Source of the DNA: a virus
Lineage: Duplodnaviria; Heunggongvirae; Uroviricota; Caudoviricetes
Reading direction: 5' to 3' (one strand)
IMG/VR virus record: IMGVR_UViG_3300010882_000010
Length of the DNA: 64,000 nt
Under the pieces are notes generated by a model. That model ran no database searches. It had not been told where the DNA came from and worked only from the letters and a program-made list of their open reading frames with translations. Shown piece by piece: positions 27,712 through 37,233 of this stretch; position 1 is the stretch's first letter, and each line of letters opens with the position of its first letter. A program made the translations under genes and the position numbers.

Positions 27712-28071
27712 ATGACAAAGAAAGAAATTCATGACATCATTTATCCTCTTGGACTATTTTGCATGTTTGTAGGAGGGATGATTTTTGGAACTGGAGATTA
27801 CTTAATAGGTGGTTTGGTTTTAGGTGCCGGATTAGTTTGTTTTGGTATTTCCATTTTTATTGATCCAAAAAGAGAACCTAAGTGGACTGGAAAATGTGAA
27901 AGATGTGATAAAATTTTAATTAGAGATTATCAAAAATGGTTAGAAGTAAAAGATACTTTGGGAGAAAATGATTGGGATTTTCCACGATTAGAAGGACAAA
28001 AATGGTATTGTGAAACTTGTTTTCAAGAAAGGTTTAAAGAAATAGTAAAAGACGGAAGTAATGAAAGCTAA
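27712..28071 (+). CDS. Membrane protein with two transmembrane helices and a C-terminal zinc ribbon.
   Basis: LGLFCMFVGGMIFGTGDYLIGGLVLGAGLVCFGISIFI, then CERCDK...CETC. Confidence 0.45.
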   Translation: MTKKEIHDIIYPLGLFCMFVGGMIFGTGDYLIGGLVLGAGLVCFGISIFIDPKREPKWTGKCERCDKILIRDYQKWLEVKDTLGENDWDFPRLEGQKWYCETCFQERFKEIVKDGSNES

Positions 28072-28372
28072 GCAAATAACAAAATTACGATTAAAGATAG
28101 CTAATTACAAAAAGTATTGGATAGAAGATACAGACAGACTTTTTGGAAGTTTTGGTATTTGGGGATTGAGTGATATTGAAAATCATGCAAAATACAATAC
28201 TAAAGCAAGTTCTCATGAACAAGCACTTAGAAGATATCTTAGATGGTACAAGGAAAAGTACAAAGAGAGACATGAACATGATGATGTTTTTGATTCTCAT
28301 GGAGAAACAGTAAGAAATTGGGCACACTTTGTTGTAATAGATGAAAATGGATACAAAAAATTTTACCAATGA
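28061..28372 (+). CDS. Hypothetical basic protein.
   Basis: 103-aa ORF. Confidence 0.45.
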   Translation: MKAKQITKLRLKIANYKKYWIEDTDRLFGSFGIWGLSDIENHAKYNTKASSHEQALRRYLRWYKEKYKERHEHDDVFDSHGETVRNWAHFVVIDENGYKKFYQ

Positions 28373-28698
28373 AAAAGAAAACTACAAAATCTAAAGTTGA
28401 CGTAAGTGAGATTAAGTTGCTTACCTATGATGAAATTGAAAGAGGCTTTAAAGTTTCTAAAGAAGACATCCAAAAATTTCTGAAAGCTAAAAACAGTGAT
28501 ACTAATTATTATTATCCAGGCTTGACTTTTGATGAGAAAATAACAAGGGAAATAGTAAAACTTTTTGTTATGGCTTTTCCCGGTATTGATGTTTTAGACA
28601 AATCAAAAAATCATCAGTATATCGAGATTTTTCTGAATACAATGGAACGTCATGTTTTCAGGTATTCAGTTGAAAAACATTTCAAGAGGAATTGTTAG
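28369..28698 (+). CDS. Hypothetical protein; its last codons and stop (AAT TGT TAG) lie inside promoter element copy C.
   Basis: 109-aa ORF. Confidence 0.45.
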   Translation: MKKKTTKSKVDVSEIKLLTYDEIERGFKVSKEDIQKFLKAKNSDTNYYYPGLTFDEKITREIVKLFVMAFPGIDVLDKSKNHQYIEIFLNTMERHVFRYSVEKHFKRNC

Positions 28699-28778
28699 TA
28701 ACTTTTTGAGAAATCTTGAAATTGGTAAAGATTTTTTCCGTATTTTTGCTGTATCAAAATTAATCAAAATTCAATAGT
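28690..28778 (+). promoter_or_regulatory. Promoter element copy C; overlaps the stop codon of the upstream gene.
   Basis: aattgttagtaactttttga ... ccgtatttttg (28741-28748); ATG at 28779. Confidence 0.55.
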
Positions 28779-29087
28779 ATGAAAAGAACAGAACAACAAC
28801 TTTACTTTTTGGACAAACTTTTTCGTTGTATTAAGGGAGGAAAAGTTAATTTTAATACTGATGTAACTTTTGTCGCTACAGACATGTTCATGAGTATGTG
28901 TGATTATTTCGGCTGTAATTCAGCAGATAATGTGAAAAAAGGTGTCTACGTTTTTCAAAATGTTTTGACACAAAAGAGTCTTTTTGACTTTTACTTACCA
29001 AATGCAACTTTTCATTGCTATGAAACAGATCAAAAATTGTACTTTTTTGATTTAGATAATATCCAAGAAGTAGAAGAAACCAATTAA
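28779..29087 (+). CDS. Hypothetical protein.
   Basis: 102-aa ORF. Confidence 0.45.
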   Translation: MKRTEQQLYFLDKLFRCIKGGKVNFNTDVTFVATDMFMSMCDYFGCNSADNVKKGVYVFQNVLTQKSLFDFYLPNATFHCYETDQKLYFFDLDNIQEVEETN

Positions 29088-29101
29088 AATTCAAGCAAGA
29101 T

Positions 29102-29317
29102 ATGAAACAAGAAAACATGCAATTTTCTGGAATTGTAGTCGAGTCTTTACCGAATGCAATGTTTAGAGTAGAATTAGACAATGGACACAAGGTCCTTGCA
29201 ACACTCTCAGGAAAGATGAGAGTACACTATATCAAAGTATTAGAAGGAGACCGAGTAGATTTAGAAGTTTCTCCTTATGATTTAAACAAAGGTCGAATCA
29301 CTAAAAGATTAAAATAA
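29102..29317 (+). CDS. infA: Translation initiation factor IF-1 homologue (S1-like OB fold).
   Basis: [61 protein letters not shown] aligns along its full length with bacterial IF-1 (...GTV.E.LPN.MFRVEL.NGH.V.AHISGKMR...I..GD.V..E..PYDL.KGRI). Confidence 0.8.
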   Translation: MKQENMQFSGIVVESLPNAMFRVELDNGHKVLATLSGKMRVHYIKVLEGDRVDLEVSPYDLNKGRITKRLK

Positions 29318-29637
29318 TGAGAACAGTTGATTACATCATTTCACTCGCCGGTATTTTTACTGTTATTTTCATAATGATGGTTTCTTGTGTAGGAACCGAT
29401 TTCGAATCTGAAGGTTCAAAAGGTCGTAGACTTTATGGAGACTACAAATTTAGAGTAAAAGAGTTTCCAAAAGCACCAAAATCTTACTTTCAAGAACATT
29501 GGATTTATTGTGATAGTATGCAACAAATTGGACCAAAAGAAATTGAAGTTTGGGTAGATGGTATTAAGATAAGAAAGTTAACAAATGGAGAATTCGTAAT
29601 TGTATCAAATCCTTACTATTCATCTAAAGAAGATTAA
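29317..29637 (+). CDS. Small membrane-anchored protein.
   Basis: N-terminal hydrophobic helix IISLAGIFTVIFIMMVSCVG. Confidence 0.45.
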   Translation: MRTVDYIISLAGIFTVIFIMMVSCVGTDFESEGSKGRRLYGDYKFRVKEFPKAPKSYFQEHWIYCDSMQQIGPKEIEVWVDGIKIRKLTNGEFVIVSNPYYSSKED

Positions 29638-29640
29638 GAT

Positions 29641-30399
29641 ATGGAAAGAGAAGTATGGCTATGCCCATTTTGTAAAACAGAATTAGAATATTGGGAAACA
29701 ATGGTGGTTGAAACTTTAGTAGACCATGTTTGTGATCCTAATGGTCCAGGAAGTGCACAAAGTATGGTAAAATGTTCTAATCCTGAATGTTATTCTAATC
29801 AAGAAGAAGTTCAAATGAGATGGGATACTTATGGAGATTCTTACACTTTTGGTACTAAGTATGAAGTAAGAGAAGATAAAGCAATAGGAAAGAATGTTGG
29901 ACCATTTGGAAGTGTTGCAAGAAAATCGGGGGTTGAAATTTACCGAAATGGAGTTAAAAAAGAAACATGGTTTAAGATTAATCCTTGTTGGTTAACTTTT
30001 AATTTAGGAATTTTTGGTGAATATCAATATCAAGCCGATTATGATGGTAATGTTTTGAAAAAATCTATCAAATGGAAAAGAGTAAAGAAAGAAAAAGATG
30101 GTGCTATAATTTTGTATCCAACTATTTTTCATGATATTTGTCAAAAATTAAAATGGTTTTATTCTGATAGAAGATACTTTTTTAAAGATCCTAAGGGATC
30201 TTTTAGTCAAGATGAATTGTTAAAACATTATGAAGCAAAGTTGCCAGAATGGGATACAAGATTTTATCGTAAATTTTGCAAATGGTGGGTTAACACTTTT
30301 TACATCAAAACTTTCCGGAAATTACAGTTTGCTATGGGTAAACATAGTATTGCAGTTCAATGGGCTGTAGATGATTTAAAAGGAAAGAAGAGTAACTAA
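29641..30399 (+). CDS. Cys-rich hypothetical protein.
   Basis: 252-aa ORF with CPFCKTEL...CDPNG...CSNPEC. Confidence 0.55.
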   Translation: MEREVWLCPFCKTELEYWETMVVETLVDHVCDPNGPGSAQSMVKCSNPECYSNQEEVQMRWDTYGDSYTFGTKYEVREDKAIGKNVGPFGSVARKSGVEIYRNGVKKETWFKINPCWLTFNLGIFGEYQYQADYDGNVLKKSIKWKRVKKEKDGAIILYPTIFHDICQKLKWFYSDRRYFFKDPKGSFSQDELLKHYEAKLPEWDTRFYRKFCKWWVNTFYIKTFRKLQFAMGKHSIAVQWAVDDLKGKKSN

Positions 30400-30580
30400 T
30401 TACTCAAAATTAAAATTTTTCAAAAACATAGAGACAATCAACTTTTAGTGAGTTGAATTGTAACATCAATCAAAAACTCAAAAAATTCTCAAATTGTTAA
30501 CAACTTTTTGAAACTAATCCAAAGTTTTGAATAGTAGTAACAAGTGAAGTAGATGAAATTATTAACTAAACAATAACAAA

Positions 30581-31144
30581 ATGTTACAAAGTACAATTTT
30601 CTTTTGGCTTGCAATAGCCATTTCAACAATTTTCGTATTCCAATTTTTACTATCATTATTGGGAGCCGATTCAGATCATAGTGTAGAATTAGATTCTCCA
30701 GGAGGATTTGCACATGATGCTTTTTCATTTAAGGGTGCTATCCATTTTATCTTAGGATTTTCTTGGTTCATGTATCTAATTGACGTTTACACTTTAGCCA
30801 GCTATGGAATGGGGATTGGTGTAGGACTTGTTTTTGTCTTCGTACTCTTCTTCTTTTACAAAGGGGTCTATTCCTTGAGAAATGAGATTCCGAAAGAATC
30901 TGGACAAGATTTGGTAGGTAGAATTGCAACCATCTACAGTGCTTTAGAGAATGGAGATTATCTTGTTACAGTAGAAATTAATGGTGCAGGAAAACAAATC
31001 CAAGTTACACCAGATCCAGGAATTGTAGAAAAATTAAAAACCGGTTCAATGGTACAAATTGGATCCTATATGGGTGGAGTTTACTATATCATAGATTCAA
31101 TGTGGGGAGTGAATGCTAAAAATGAAATTAAAGAACAAAATTAA
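30581..31144 (+). CDS. NfeD-like membrane protein (YuaF/YqiJ-type partner of SPFH proteins).
   Basis: Three hydrophobic helices followed by a soluble beta-rich C-terminal domain. Sits immediately upstream of the flotillin gene, as in yuaF-floT and yqiJ-yqiK operons. Confidence 0.6.
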   Translation: MLQSTIFFWLAIAISTIFVFQFLLSLLGADSDHSVELDSPGGFAHDAFSFKGAIHFILGFSWFMYLIDVYTLASYGMGIGVGLVFVFVLFFFYKGVYSLRNEIPKESGQDLVGRIATIYSALENGDYLVTVEINGAGKQIQVTPDPGIVEKLKTGSMVQIGSYMGGVYYIIDSMWGVNAKNEIKEQN

Positions 31145-31175
31145 CAATTAATTACTAACTAAATTTTTTAAAACT

Positions 31176-32852
31176 ATGGAAAACGTTTCAAGTTTGTTCA
31201 GCAATGGTGCTGTGTACGGATGGATGATTGGAATTCTCGCCGTACTAATGTTTATCACGTTTATCGCTATTGTAAAGCGGTACAAAAAATGTCCATCTAA
31301 CAAGGTGCTTGTTGTGTATGGAAAAACAAGAGGTAAAAAGAGTGCAAAAATGTACCACGGTGGTGCGGCGTTCATTTGGCCTATCATTCAATCTTTCGAA
31401 TTTTTGGACTTAGAGCCGATGAATGTTAAGTGTGACTTGGCAGATGTTCTTTCTGGTCAAATGATTCGTGTATCCGTTCCGATTAATCTTACTGTCGGTA
31501 TTTCAACAGATGAGACTATTATGCAAAATGCAGCAGAACGTCTTTTAGGTATGAAACAACCGGACATCGAGAAGTTAATTAAGGAAGTATCTCATGGTCA
31601 AATGCGTTTGGTAATTGCCAGTATGCAAATTGAAGACATGAATTCTGACAGAGACAAATTCTTAAGTGAAGTTAAAACTAAAGTAGATCTTGAATTAAAC
31701 AAACTCGGTTTATCTCTTATCAATATCAACATGTCAGACATCCAAGACAATGCAGAATATCTTTTGAATTTGTCTCGTGAAGCTGAATCTAAAGCACGTA
31801 ATGAAGCTCTTGCAAGTATTGAAGAACAAAACAAAATTGGTGCTATTAAAATTGCTGCTCAGGTTAGAGAAAAAGAAATTAAAACATCTGAGCAAAACAA
31901 AGATAAAGAAATTCAAGTAGCTGAAATTAAGAAAGAAGAAGCTACAAAAGTTTCTGAGGCAGATAAATTGAAAGCTATTGCAGTTGCTGAAAACAAATCC
32001 ATTGAGGATTCAAAAGTAGCAGCAGCAGAAGCACAAGCTGTTGAAAATGTTACACAAGCTAATACCGAAAGGGACTCTAAAGTTGCAGAATACAATGCGC
32101 AATTACAAAAACGTCAAGCAAAAGCAAATCAAGATGGACAGTTAGCAGAAAACTTGGCACAAGAAGAAATTGCAAAATCTGGTGCTAAATTGAATGTTAC
32201 AAAAGCTGAAGCAAAACAAAAATCGGGTGAAGCATTTGAAATAGCAGAAGCCGGTATCAAACAAAAGAAAGAAGAAGCAGCTAAAGCAGTTGAAGAAGCA
32301 AGAGCAAGAAAAGTAGAGGCACAATTGCAAGCAGATAATATTGTACCAGCAGAACAGGCTAAGAAAGAAAAAGTAATTCAAGCCGCAGCAATTGGAGATG
32401 CAGCCAAAACTCAAGCAGAAGGTGAAGGTGAAGCAGAATTAATTCGTGCTAAAAAAGCTGCAGAAGCACTTAGACTTAAAGGTCAAGCAGAAGGTGATGC
32501 AAAGAAAGCTGTATTACTTGCAGAAGCAGAAGGTGTTAAAGCTAAAGCTCTTGCAGAAGCAGAAGGTTTTAGTGCTATGATGGAAGCTGCCCAACAAAAT
32601 TCTGAAATCGCAGTTCAGTACAAAATGATTGAACAATGGAAAGAAATTGCAGGTGAACAAGTTAAAGCATTTGAAAACATCAAATTAGGAGAAATTACTG
32701 TTTTTGATGGTGGAAATGCAACAGGTAATTTCTTAAACAATATTGTGAAAACAGTAGCACCGGCTTTGAACATCATGGATCAATTGCCAATAGGTGAAAC
32801 ATTCAAAGGAATCTTAAAACCTGGTACAAAAACCGAAGTTAAGAAAGACTAA
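31176..32852 (+). CDS. Flotillin-like SPFH/band-7 protein (FloT/YqiK-like).
   Basis: N-terminal TM helix, an SPFH-like region, and a long coiled coil with Ala/Glu-rich EA repeats (...KAKALAEAEGFSAMMEAAQQN) typical of flotillins. Confidence 0.8.
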   Translation: MENVSSLFSNGAVYGWMIGILAVLMFITFIAIVKRYKKCPSNKVLVVYGKTRGKKSAKMYHGGAAFIWPIIQSFEFLDLEPMNVKCDLADVLSGQMIRVSVPINLTVGISTDETIMQNAAERLLGMKQPDIEKLIKEVSHGQMRLVIASMQIEDMNSDRDKFLSEVKTKVDLELNKLGLSLININMSDIQDNAEYLLNLSREAESKARNEALASIEEQNKIGAIKIAAQVREKEIKTSEQNKDKEIQVAEIKKEEATKVSEADKLKAIAVAENKSIEDSKVAAAEAQAVENVTQANTERDSKVAEYNAQLQKRQAKANQDGQLAENLAQEEIAKSGAKLNVTKAEAKQKSGEAFEIAEAGIKQKKEEAAKAVEEARARKVEAQLQADNIVPAEQAKKEKVIQAAAIGDAAKTQAEGEGEAELIRAKKAAEALRLKGQAEGDAKKAVLLAEAEGVKAKALAEAEGFSAMMEAAQQNSEIAVQYKMIEQWKEIAGEQVKAFENIKLGEITVFDGGNATGNFLNNIVKTVAPALNIMDQLPIGETFKGILKPGTKTEVKKD

Positions 32853-32895
32853 ACAAACTGAAACGTCTTAGACGTAGACTACCTTAAACACGGAA

Positions 32896-32944
32896 TCTCT
32901 CAAGTTTGGACTTTGTAATCCGAGTTCGAGTCTCGGTGAGAGAT
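32896..32944 (+). ncRNA. tRNA-like minihelix with a 7-bp acceptor stem and a canonical T arm but no D or anticodon arm.
   Basis: tctctca-agtttggactttgtaa-tccgag/ttcgagt/ctcgg-tgagaga-t. The 7-bp stem is perfect and the T stem-loop is CCGAG-TTCGAGT-CTCGG. Confidence 0.4.
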
Positions 32945-32958
32945 CAAAAACAAAAACA

Positions 32959-33120
32959 ATGAAAGAATTTAAAGTTCAAGAAATTGAAGTTGATAAAGAT
33001 TTAATGAGAGCATATCAAAATTGGGATGACATGTGTGGTGGTTGTGCACCAGCATATGATGAGAATGATGAAACTCCTGATTTGGTAATTTTGAAACCAA
33101 AAGAAATTAAAAAGCAATAA
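32959..33120 (+). CDS. Small hypothetical protein (53 aa).
   Basis: ATG ORF MKEFKVQEIEVDKDLMRAYQNWDDMCGGCAPAYDE... Below the ORF-track cutoff. Confidence 0.3.
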   Translation: MKEFKVQEIEVDKDLMRAYQNWDDMCGGCAPAYDENDETPDLVILKPKEIKKQ

Positions 33121-33121
33121 C

Positions 33122-33472
33122 ATGAAAAGATTTTTACTATTATTAGGATTCTTAGTTGTACTTTCTACAGTAAGTTTTAGTTGTAAACAGACACCTGAAC
33201 AACAAAGAAAATCAGCCGAAAGAAAAGAACAAAGAGAAAGGGAACAGAAAGCAAGAGAAGCAGTTTACAATGCTGGTAAAGTTGTTTCAGCAAAAGATGC
33301 TCCTATTGAAAACAGATTTTCAGCTACTGACTATTTTTGGGGAGAAGGTAGTGTAACTAAATCGACTACAGTTTACTATCTTTATTCAGAAGATGGTTAC
33401 AGTTTGGAAGTAGACAGAAAAGTTTATCATCAAACAAAAATTGGAGATAGAGTAAAAGGTCATTGGCAGTAG
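33122..33472 (+). CDS. Putative lipoprotein.
   Basis: Signal peptide MKRFLLLLGFLVVLSTVSFSC with a lipobox-like ...FSC. Confidence 0.5.
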   Translation: MKRFLLLLGFLVVLSTVSFSCKQTPEQQRKSAERKEQREREQKAREAVYNAGKVVSAKDAPIENRFSATDYFWGEGSVTKSTTVYYLYSEDGYSLEVDRKVYHQTKIGDRVKGHWQ

Positions 33473-33723
33473 AGATGAGACATATTCGAATTTTAAGAGA
33501 CCGAAAAGAAGTAGGCAATGTTTTACTTGATGCAAGAATCAAGGGAATTACAGACTCAGATGAAGAAATTTTGAGTAATTGGGATGAAGCTTTTAAGCTG
33601 TATGATCAAATTGCTTATTGTGTAGAAACAGGAGATTTTTTAGCTGTTGTAGACAAGCAAGGATATCTTCAAGTTGTTCTACCAGAACATCGTACTATTA
33701 ATCCAGGAGTTGCTTTAAAATGA
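33463..33723 (+). CDS. Hypothetical protein.
   Basis: 86-aa ORF. Confidence 0.45.
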   Translation: MAVEMRHIRILRDRKEVGNVLLDARIKGITDSDEEILSNWDEAFKLYDQIAYCVETGDFLAVVDKQGYLQVVLPEHRTINPGVALK

Positions 33724-34109
33724 AAAAGGAAAAGTTAAAGGATGTTACTGATGTAATTTTTGTGGTTTGTCCAAACAGAGAATGCAAGAAGTATTATGAT
33801 GAACCAAGAAGACCAAAAATTGATGAAATACCTGATAATTTTGTAGCATGGGATTGTGATGGAGGATGTCCTTGGGATTGTCAGCACTATATCATTTGTC
33901 CAGCATGTCATCATAAAATTTTCTTTGATCCTAAAAACAATTCAAGATGGGCAAGAGAAACTTGTCCTCATGTTACTGAAATTTTAGGAGCCGGAAGAGA
34001 TACTTGGAGATGTGATGGTTACAGTTTTGCTAAAATGAGTAATTGTTTTCTATTAAAATTTAAAGATGAAGAAAATGGAAGAGAAGATGAAAAAGTTTAC
34101 AGTCTCTGA
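33720..34109 (+). CDS. Cys/His-rich zinc-binding hypothetical protein.
   Basis: CPNREC...CDGGCPWDCQHY..CPACHH...CPH. Confidence 0.5.
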   Translation: MKKEKLKDVTDVIFVVCPNRECKKYYDEPRRPKIDEIPDNFVAWDCDGGCPWDCQHYIICPACHHKIFFDPKNNSRWARETCPHVTEILGAGRDTWRCDGYSFAKMSNCFLLKFKDEENGREDEKVYSL

Positions 34110-34500
34110 TGGAGATGAAATAGTAATAACAAGTTGCTATTTTCAAATTGAAGATTGGTCAGAAGGTTCACCGGTTGTAATTTTAGAACCATGTTTAGTT
34201 TATCGAGAAGATGTTTCATGTGAAAGTGTGATTGAAGATTTTCTTGAAGATTTAGTTTGTTGTAATGGTGTAGATGTAGGGGATGAAGAAATTGTAGATG
34301 AAGATTTAAGATGGGCAGGAAAATCTTTGAAATCTGTTAAAGATAAAGTTAAGAAAGGATTAAAAGAAGGTAAGAAACCATACAAAGGTACTTACTCTGA
34401 AATAGTACAAAAGAAAGTACAATTTTTCATGAATCCAAATTGTGCTTGGTCGGGTGAAGAAGGTTTGGATTACAAAGTAATGTGGACACTAACAATTTAA
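34066..34500 (+). CDS. Hypothetical acidic protein.
   Basis: 144-aa ORF; an alternative ATG lies at 34078. Confidence 0.45.
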   Translation: MKKMEEKMKKFTVSDGDEIVITSCYFQIEDWSEGSPVVILEPCLVYREDVSCESVIEDFLEDLVCCNGVDVGDEEIVDEDLRWAGKSLKSVKDKVKKGLKEGKKPYKGTYSEIVQKKVQFFMNPNCAWSGEEGLDYKVMWTLTI

Positions 34501-34503
34501 CAG

Positions 34504-34884
34504 ATGACAATTTTTGAAACTTTTGCTAGTAAAATTGAGTTTCTTGAAAAATTAGGAGCCAAGAAGTACAATTTGCAAATGACCGATTTTCATTACAGAC
34601 CATATTGCTGGAGACACAATAATGGTAAAGCAGAAGATACATCATTTCTTACGATTGATTACAGACGTAAGGATGTTTGGTTTACTTTAGATTTTTATTG
34701 GAACGAGGATCAAGAAATTAAATTGTTAATTCATGTTAGAATAGTTACTGATGTAATTTTTAATCGTTCTGAATATCATAATTTTGATCTTTTTCATCAA
34801 TGGGATAAAACTGAAACTTTTGAAGAAAACTTGATAAAAATAATGGGAAAAGTTAACAATACAATAATAGGATTAAAGAAATGA
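34504..34884 (+). CDS. Hypothetical protein.
   Basis: 126-aa ORF. Confidence 0.45.
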   Translation: MTIFETFASKIEFLEKLGAKKYNLQMTDFHYRPYCWRHNNGKAEDTSFLTIDYRRKDVWFTLDFYWNEDQEIKLLIHVRIVTDVIFNRSEYHNFDLFHQWDKTETFEENLIKIMGKVNNTIIGLKK

Positions 34885-35327
34885 AACAACAAGACTTAAA
34901 GGGGTACACAATAGCAGTAGATTTTGATGGTACAATTACAATGGGTTCAAATTATCCAGATATTGGAGAAATGAGACCATTGATTAATGTTTGCATAGAA
35001 CAACTTTGGAATAGAGGTGCGGAGATTATTATTTGGACTTGTCGTCATGACCATGGAACTCCTGAAACACATGCAGCATATCAAGCAATGATTGATTTTC
35101 TTAAAGAGCACGATATTAAGCATGATGCTATTAACAAAAATTTAGTAGAATTAGCACCTAATCCAGGACCTAAAATCTATGCTGATTTGTACTTAGATGA
35201 CAAAACTTTATGCTGGAATCCAGAATGTAATGGACATCAGCTTTATGGAAAAATTGACGAGTATTTTAAGAAAAATCCGAAATCAATTAAAGAAACCTAT
35301 CATTTAGAAGGAGGAACTAAGATATGA
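34881..35327 (+). CDS. HAD-superfamily phosphatase-like protein.
   Basis: Motif I YTIAVDFDGTIT (DxDGT). Confidence 0.55.
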   Translation: MKQQDLKGYTIAVDFDGTITMGSNYPDIGEMRPLINVCIEQLWNRGAEIIIWTCRHDHGTPETHAAYQAMIDFLKEHDIKHDAINKNLVELAPNPGPKIYADLYLDDKTLCWNPECNGHQLYGKIDEYFKKNPKSIKETYHLEGGTKI

Positions 35328-35524
35328 GAATAATTAAAGAAGGGGTATTACCAATAAGAGCAATTGATGCAACTTGTCAGAATTGTAAGTGTGAATTTGA
35401 AGTGGATATTGATGTAGATGATATTATTTTCGAGTACAGTCAAGATTTTGGTTCAGATGTTTACAGTTTTGATTGTCCATGTTGTAGTAAAAAATGTTGG
35501 GGTTCAGAAAGAAGTAGATACTAA
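35324..35524 (+). CDS. Small zinc-ribbon protein.
   Basis: CQNCKC...CPCCSKKC. Confidence 0.4.
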   Translation: MRIIKEGVLPIRAIDATCQNCKCEFEVDIDVDDIIFEYSQDFGSDVYSFDCPCCSKKCWGSERSRY

Positions 35525-35600
35525 TTGTTAGTAACTATTTTTAATAATTGGAGATTTGTGTCAAAATTTTCAGTATTTTTGTGTTTAAAATTAAAATAGA
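35523..35600 (+). promoter_or_regulatory. Promoter element copy D.
   Basis: aattgttagtaactattttt ... cagtatttttg (35574-35581); ATG at 35601. Confidence 0.55.
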
Positions 35601-36041
35601 ATGAAGAGTTTAATCGTTTTAAGAGGATTACCTGGTGCAGGAAAATCAACTTTAGCAGAAGTACTTTCAGCTGGAATACATCCAATTGCTTGTGCTGATG
35701 ATTATTTTATGGTAGATGGGGAGTACAAGTTTGATGCAAGAAAATTGGGTGAAGCACATGCTAATTGTAGAAATAGAGTAGAAGTTGCAATGCAAACATC
35801 ATGGCTTAATTCTTTGAAGTTTGATTACAATATCAATGAAGATCCATATCGTACAATAATTGTAGCCAATACTAACACAGTTTCAAGTGAATGGTATGAT
35901 TTCTATTCAGAACTTGCAGAAAAGTATGGTTATCAAATCCATTCTGTAATAGTAGAGAATAGACATGGAAACAAAAGTATTCACAATGTGCCAGAGGAAA
36001 CTATGGAAAGAATGAGAAACAGATTTGAAGTAAAACTATAG
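35601..36041 (+). CDS. P-loop NTPase kinase (polynucleotide kinase / nucleoside-monophosphate kinase-like).
   Basis: Walker A LRGLPGAGKSTLAEVL at the N terminus and small size, comparable to the T4 Pnk kinase domain. Sits downstream of promoter element copy D. Confidence 0.6.
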   Translation: MKSLIVLRGLPGAGKSTLAEVLSAGIHPIACADDYFMVDGEYKFDARKLGEAHANCRNRVEVAMQTSWLNSLKFDYNINEDPYRTIIVANTNTVSSEWYDFYSELAEKYGYQIHSVIVENRHGNKSIHNVPEETMERMRNRFEVKL

Positions 36042-36046
36042 TAGAA

Positions 36047-36667
36047 ATGAAAGTTTGGTTGCAAGTAACTTCAGGAAGAGGACCAGTAGAATGTTGTAGA
36101 GTTGTTGTAGAAGTATGTTCAGAGATAATTTGTGAAGGAAGTGAACAAGGATTAGAGGTTGAATTTTTAGCGGGTGAATCAGGTCCGGTAAAGAGAACTT
36201 GGTATTCTTCAATAATAACAGTAGAAGGAGATGAAAAACAGGTAGAAGATTTTGTTAAATCATGGGAGGGTACAGTACTTTGGATAACAAACAGTCCATA
36301 CCGATTACATCACAAAAGAAAGAATTGGTTTGTTGGTGTGAAAAGATTGGAAGTTGCAAAGGTTCAAGATTTTAAGGAAAATGAAGTTGAGTTTACTACA
36401 ACAAGATCTTCAGGACCTGGTGGACAACATGTGAACAAAACAGAATCTTGTGTAGTTGCAATACACTTACCAACAGGAATTAAAGTTACATCAAGCAATA
36501 GAAGTTCGCAATTTCAAAACAAGCAGATTGCAATAGAATTACTTAAAGCTAAATTAGCAACTTTAGAAGCAGAAAAAGAACTTAAAGTAGAACAAACTAA
36601 TTGGCAAAATCATAATGAATTGGAAAGAGGAAATCCAGTTAGAACTTTTAAAAGAAGATTAACATGA
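36047..36667 (+). CDS. prfH: PrfH-like peptidyl-tRNA hydrolase / release factor H (a GGQ-domain protein lacking RF domain 1).
   Basis: TTRSSGPGGQHVNKTESCVVAIHLPTGIKVTSSNRSSQFQNKQIAIELLKAKL is the class-I release-factor GGQ domain. At 206 aa with the motifs GPVECC, SPYRLHHKRKNWFVG and C-terminal ERGNPVRTF, the layout fits PrfH, not RF1/RF2 or ArfB. Confidence 0.8.
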   Translation: MKVWLQVTSGRGPVECCRVVVEVCSEIICEGSEQGLEVEFLAGESGPVKRTWYSSIITVEGDEKQVEDFVKSWEGTVLWITNSPYRLHHKRKNWFVGVKRLEVAKVQDFKENEVEFTTTRSSGPGGQHVNKTESCVVAIHLPTGIKVTSSNRSSQFQNKQIAIELLKAKLATLEAEKELKVEQTNWQNHNELERGNPVRTFKRRLT

Positions 36668-37218
36668 GTAAGAGAACAATGGAAGAGTACTTAAGACCGA
36701 GTTTAAAATCAAACAAACCGATTTGTTTTTGTGATATGGATGGATGTGTTGCAGATTATGATAAAAGAGTACAAGAAAATAGGGTAGCAGGTATTAAGGA
36801 ACATGAATTAACAAGAGCAAAAAATGCTTACAAAGATTTGGAGTTAATTCCTGGTGCTTATGATGCTGTACAATGGTTATCAGAACATTTTGATTTCTAT
36901 CTTGCAAGTACCTCTCCATGGAGTTGTCCAGATGCTTGGATGCAAAAGAGAATCTGGGCAGAAGAATATCTTGGAAAAGTTGTTAAAAAGCGTTTGATTT
37001 TAACACACAATAAAGGACTTTTAAAAGGAGATCTTTTGATAGATGATAGAATTGCAAATGGTGTAGCCGATTTTGAGGGTACTTTCATTCATTTTGGTTC
37101 TCTTCAATTTCCGGATTGGGATACAACTATCGAATGGTTGAAAAATGGAGATGGTCAGAAGATTTTTGAAAGGTTTGAAGTCAGACAAAGAATCTTAAAA
37201 TCAAAATGTTACCGATAA
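36664..37218 (+). CDS. HAD-family 5'(3')-deoxyribonucleotidase-like phosphatase (NT5C family).
   Basis: ICFCDMDGCVADYDKR matches the NT5C motif I (DMDGVLAD); a downstream ...LLIDD motif is also present. Confidence 0.6.
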   Translation: MSKRTMEEYLRPSLKSNKPICFCDMDGCVADYDKRVQENRVAGIKEHELTRAKNAYKDLELIPGAYDAVQWLSEHFDFYLASTSPWSCPDAWMQKRIWAEEYLGKVVKKRLILTHNKGLLKGDLLIDDRIANGVADFEGTFIHFGSLQFPDWDTTIEWLKNGDGQKIFERFEVRQRILKSKCYR

Positions 37219-37233
37219 TTAAAACACAAAATA

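Noticed and set aside
27712-28071. Two-TM protein as a holin.
   Set aside because: The topology is compatible, but there is no adjacent endolysin or spanin and a zinc-ribbon tail, which is unusual for holins. It is left as a generic membrane protein.
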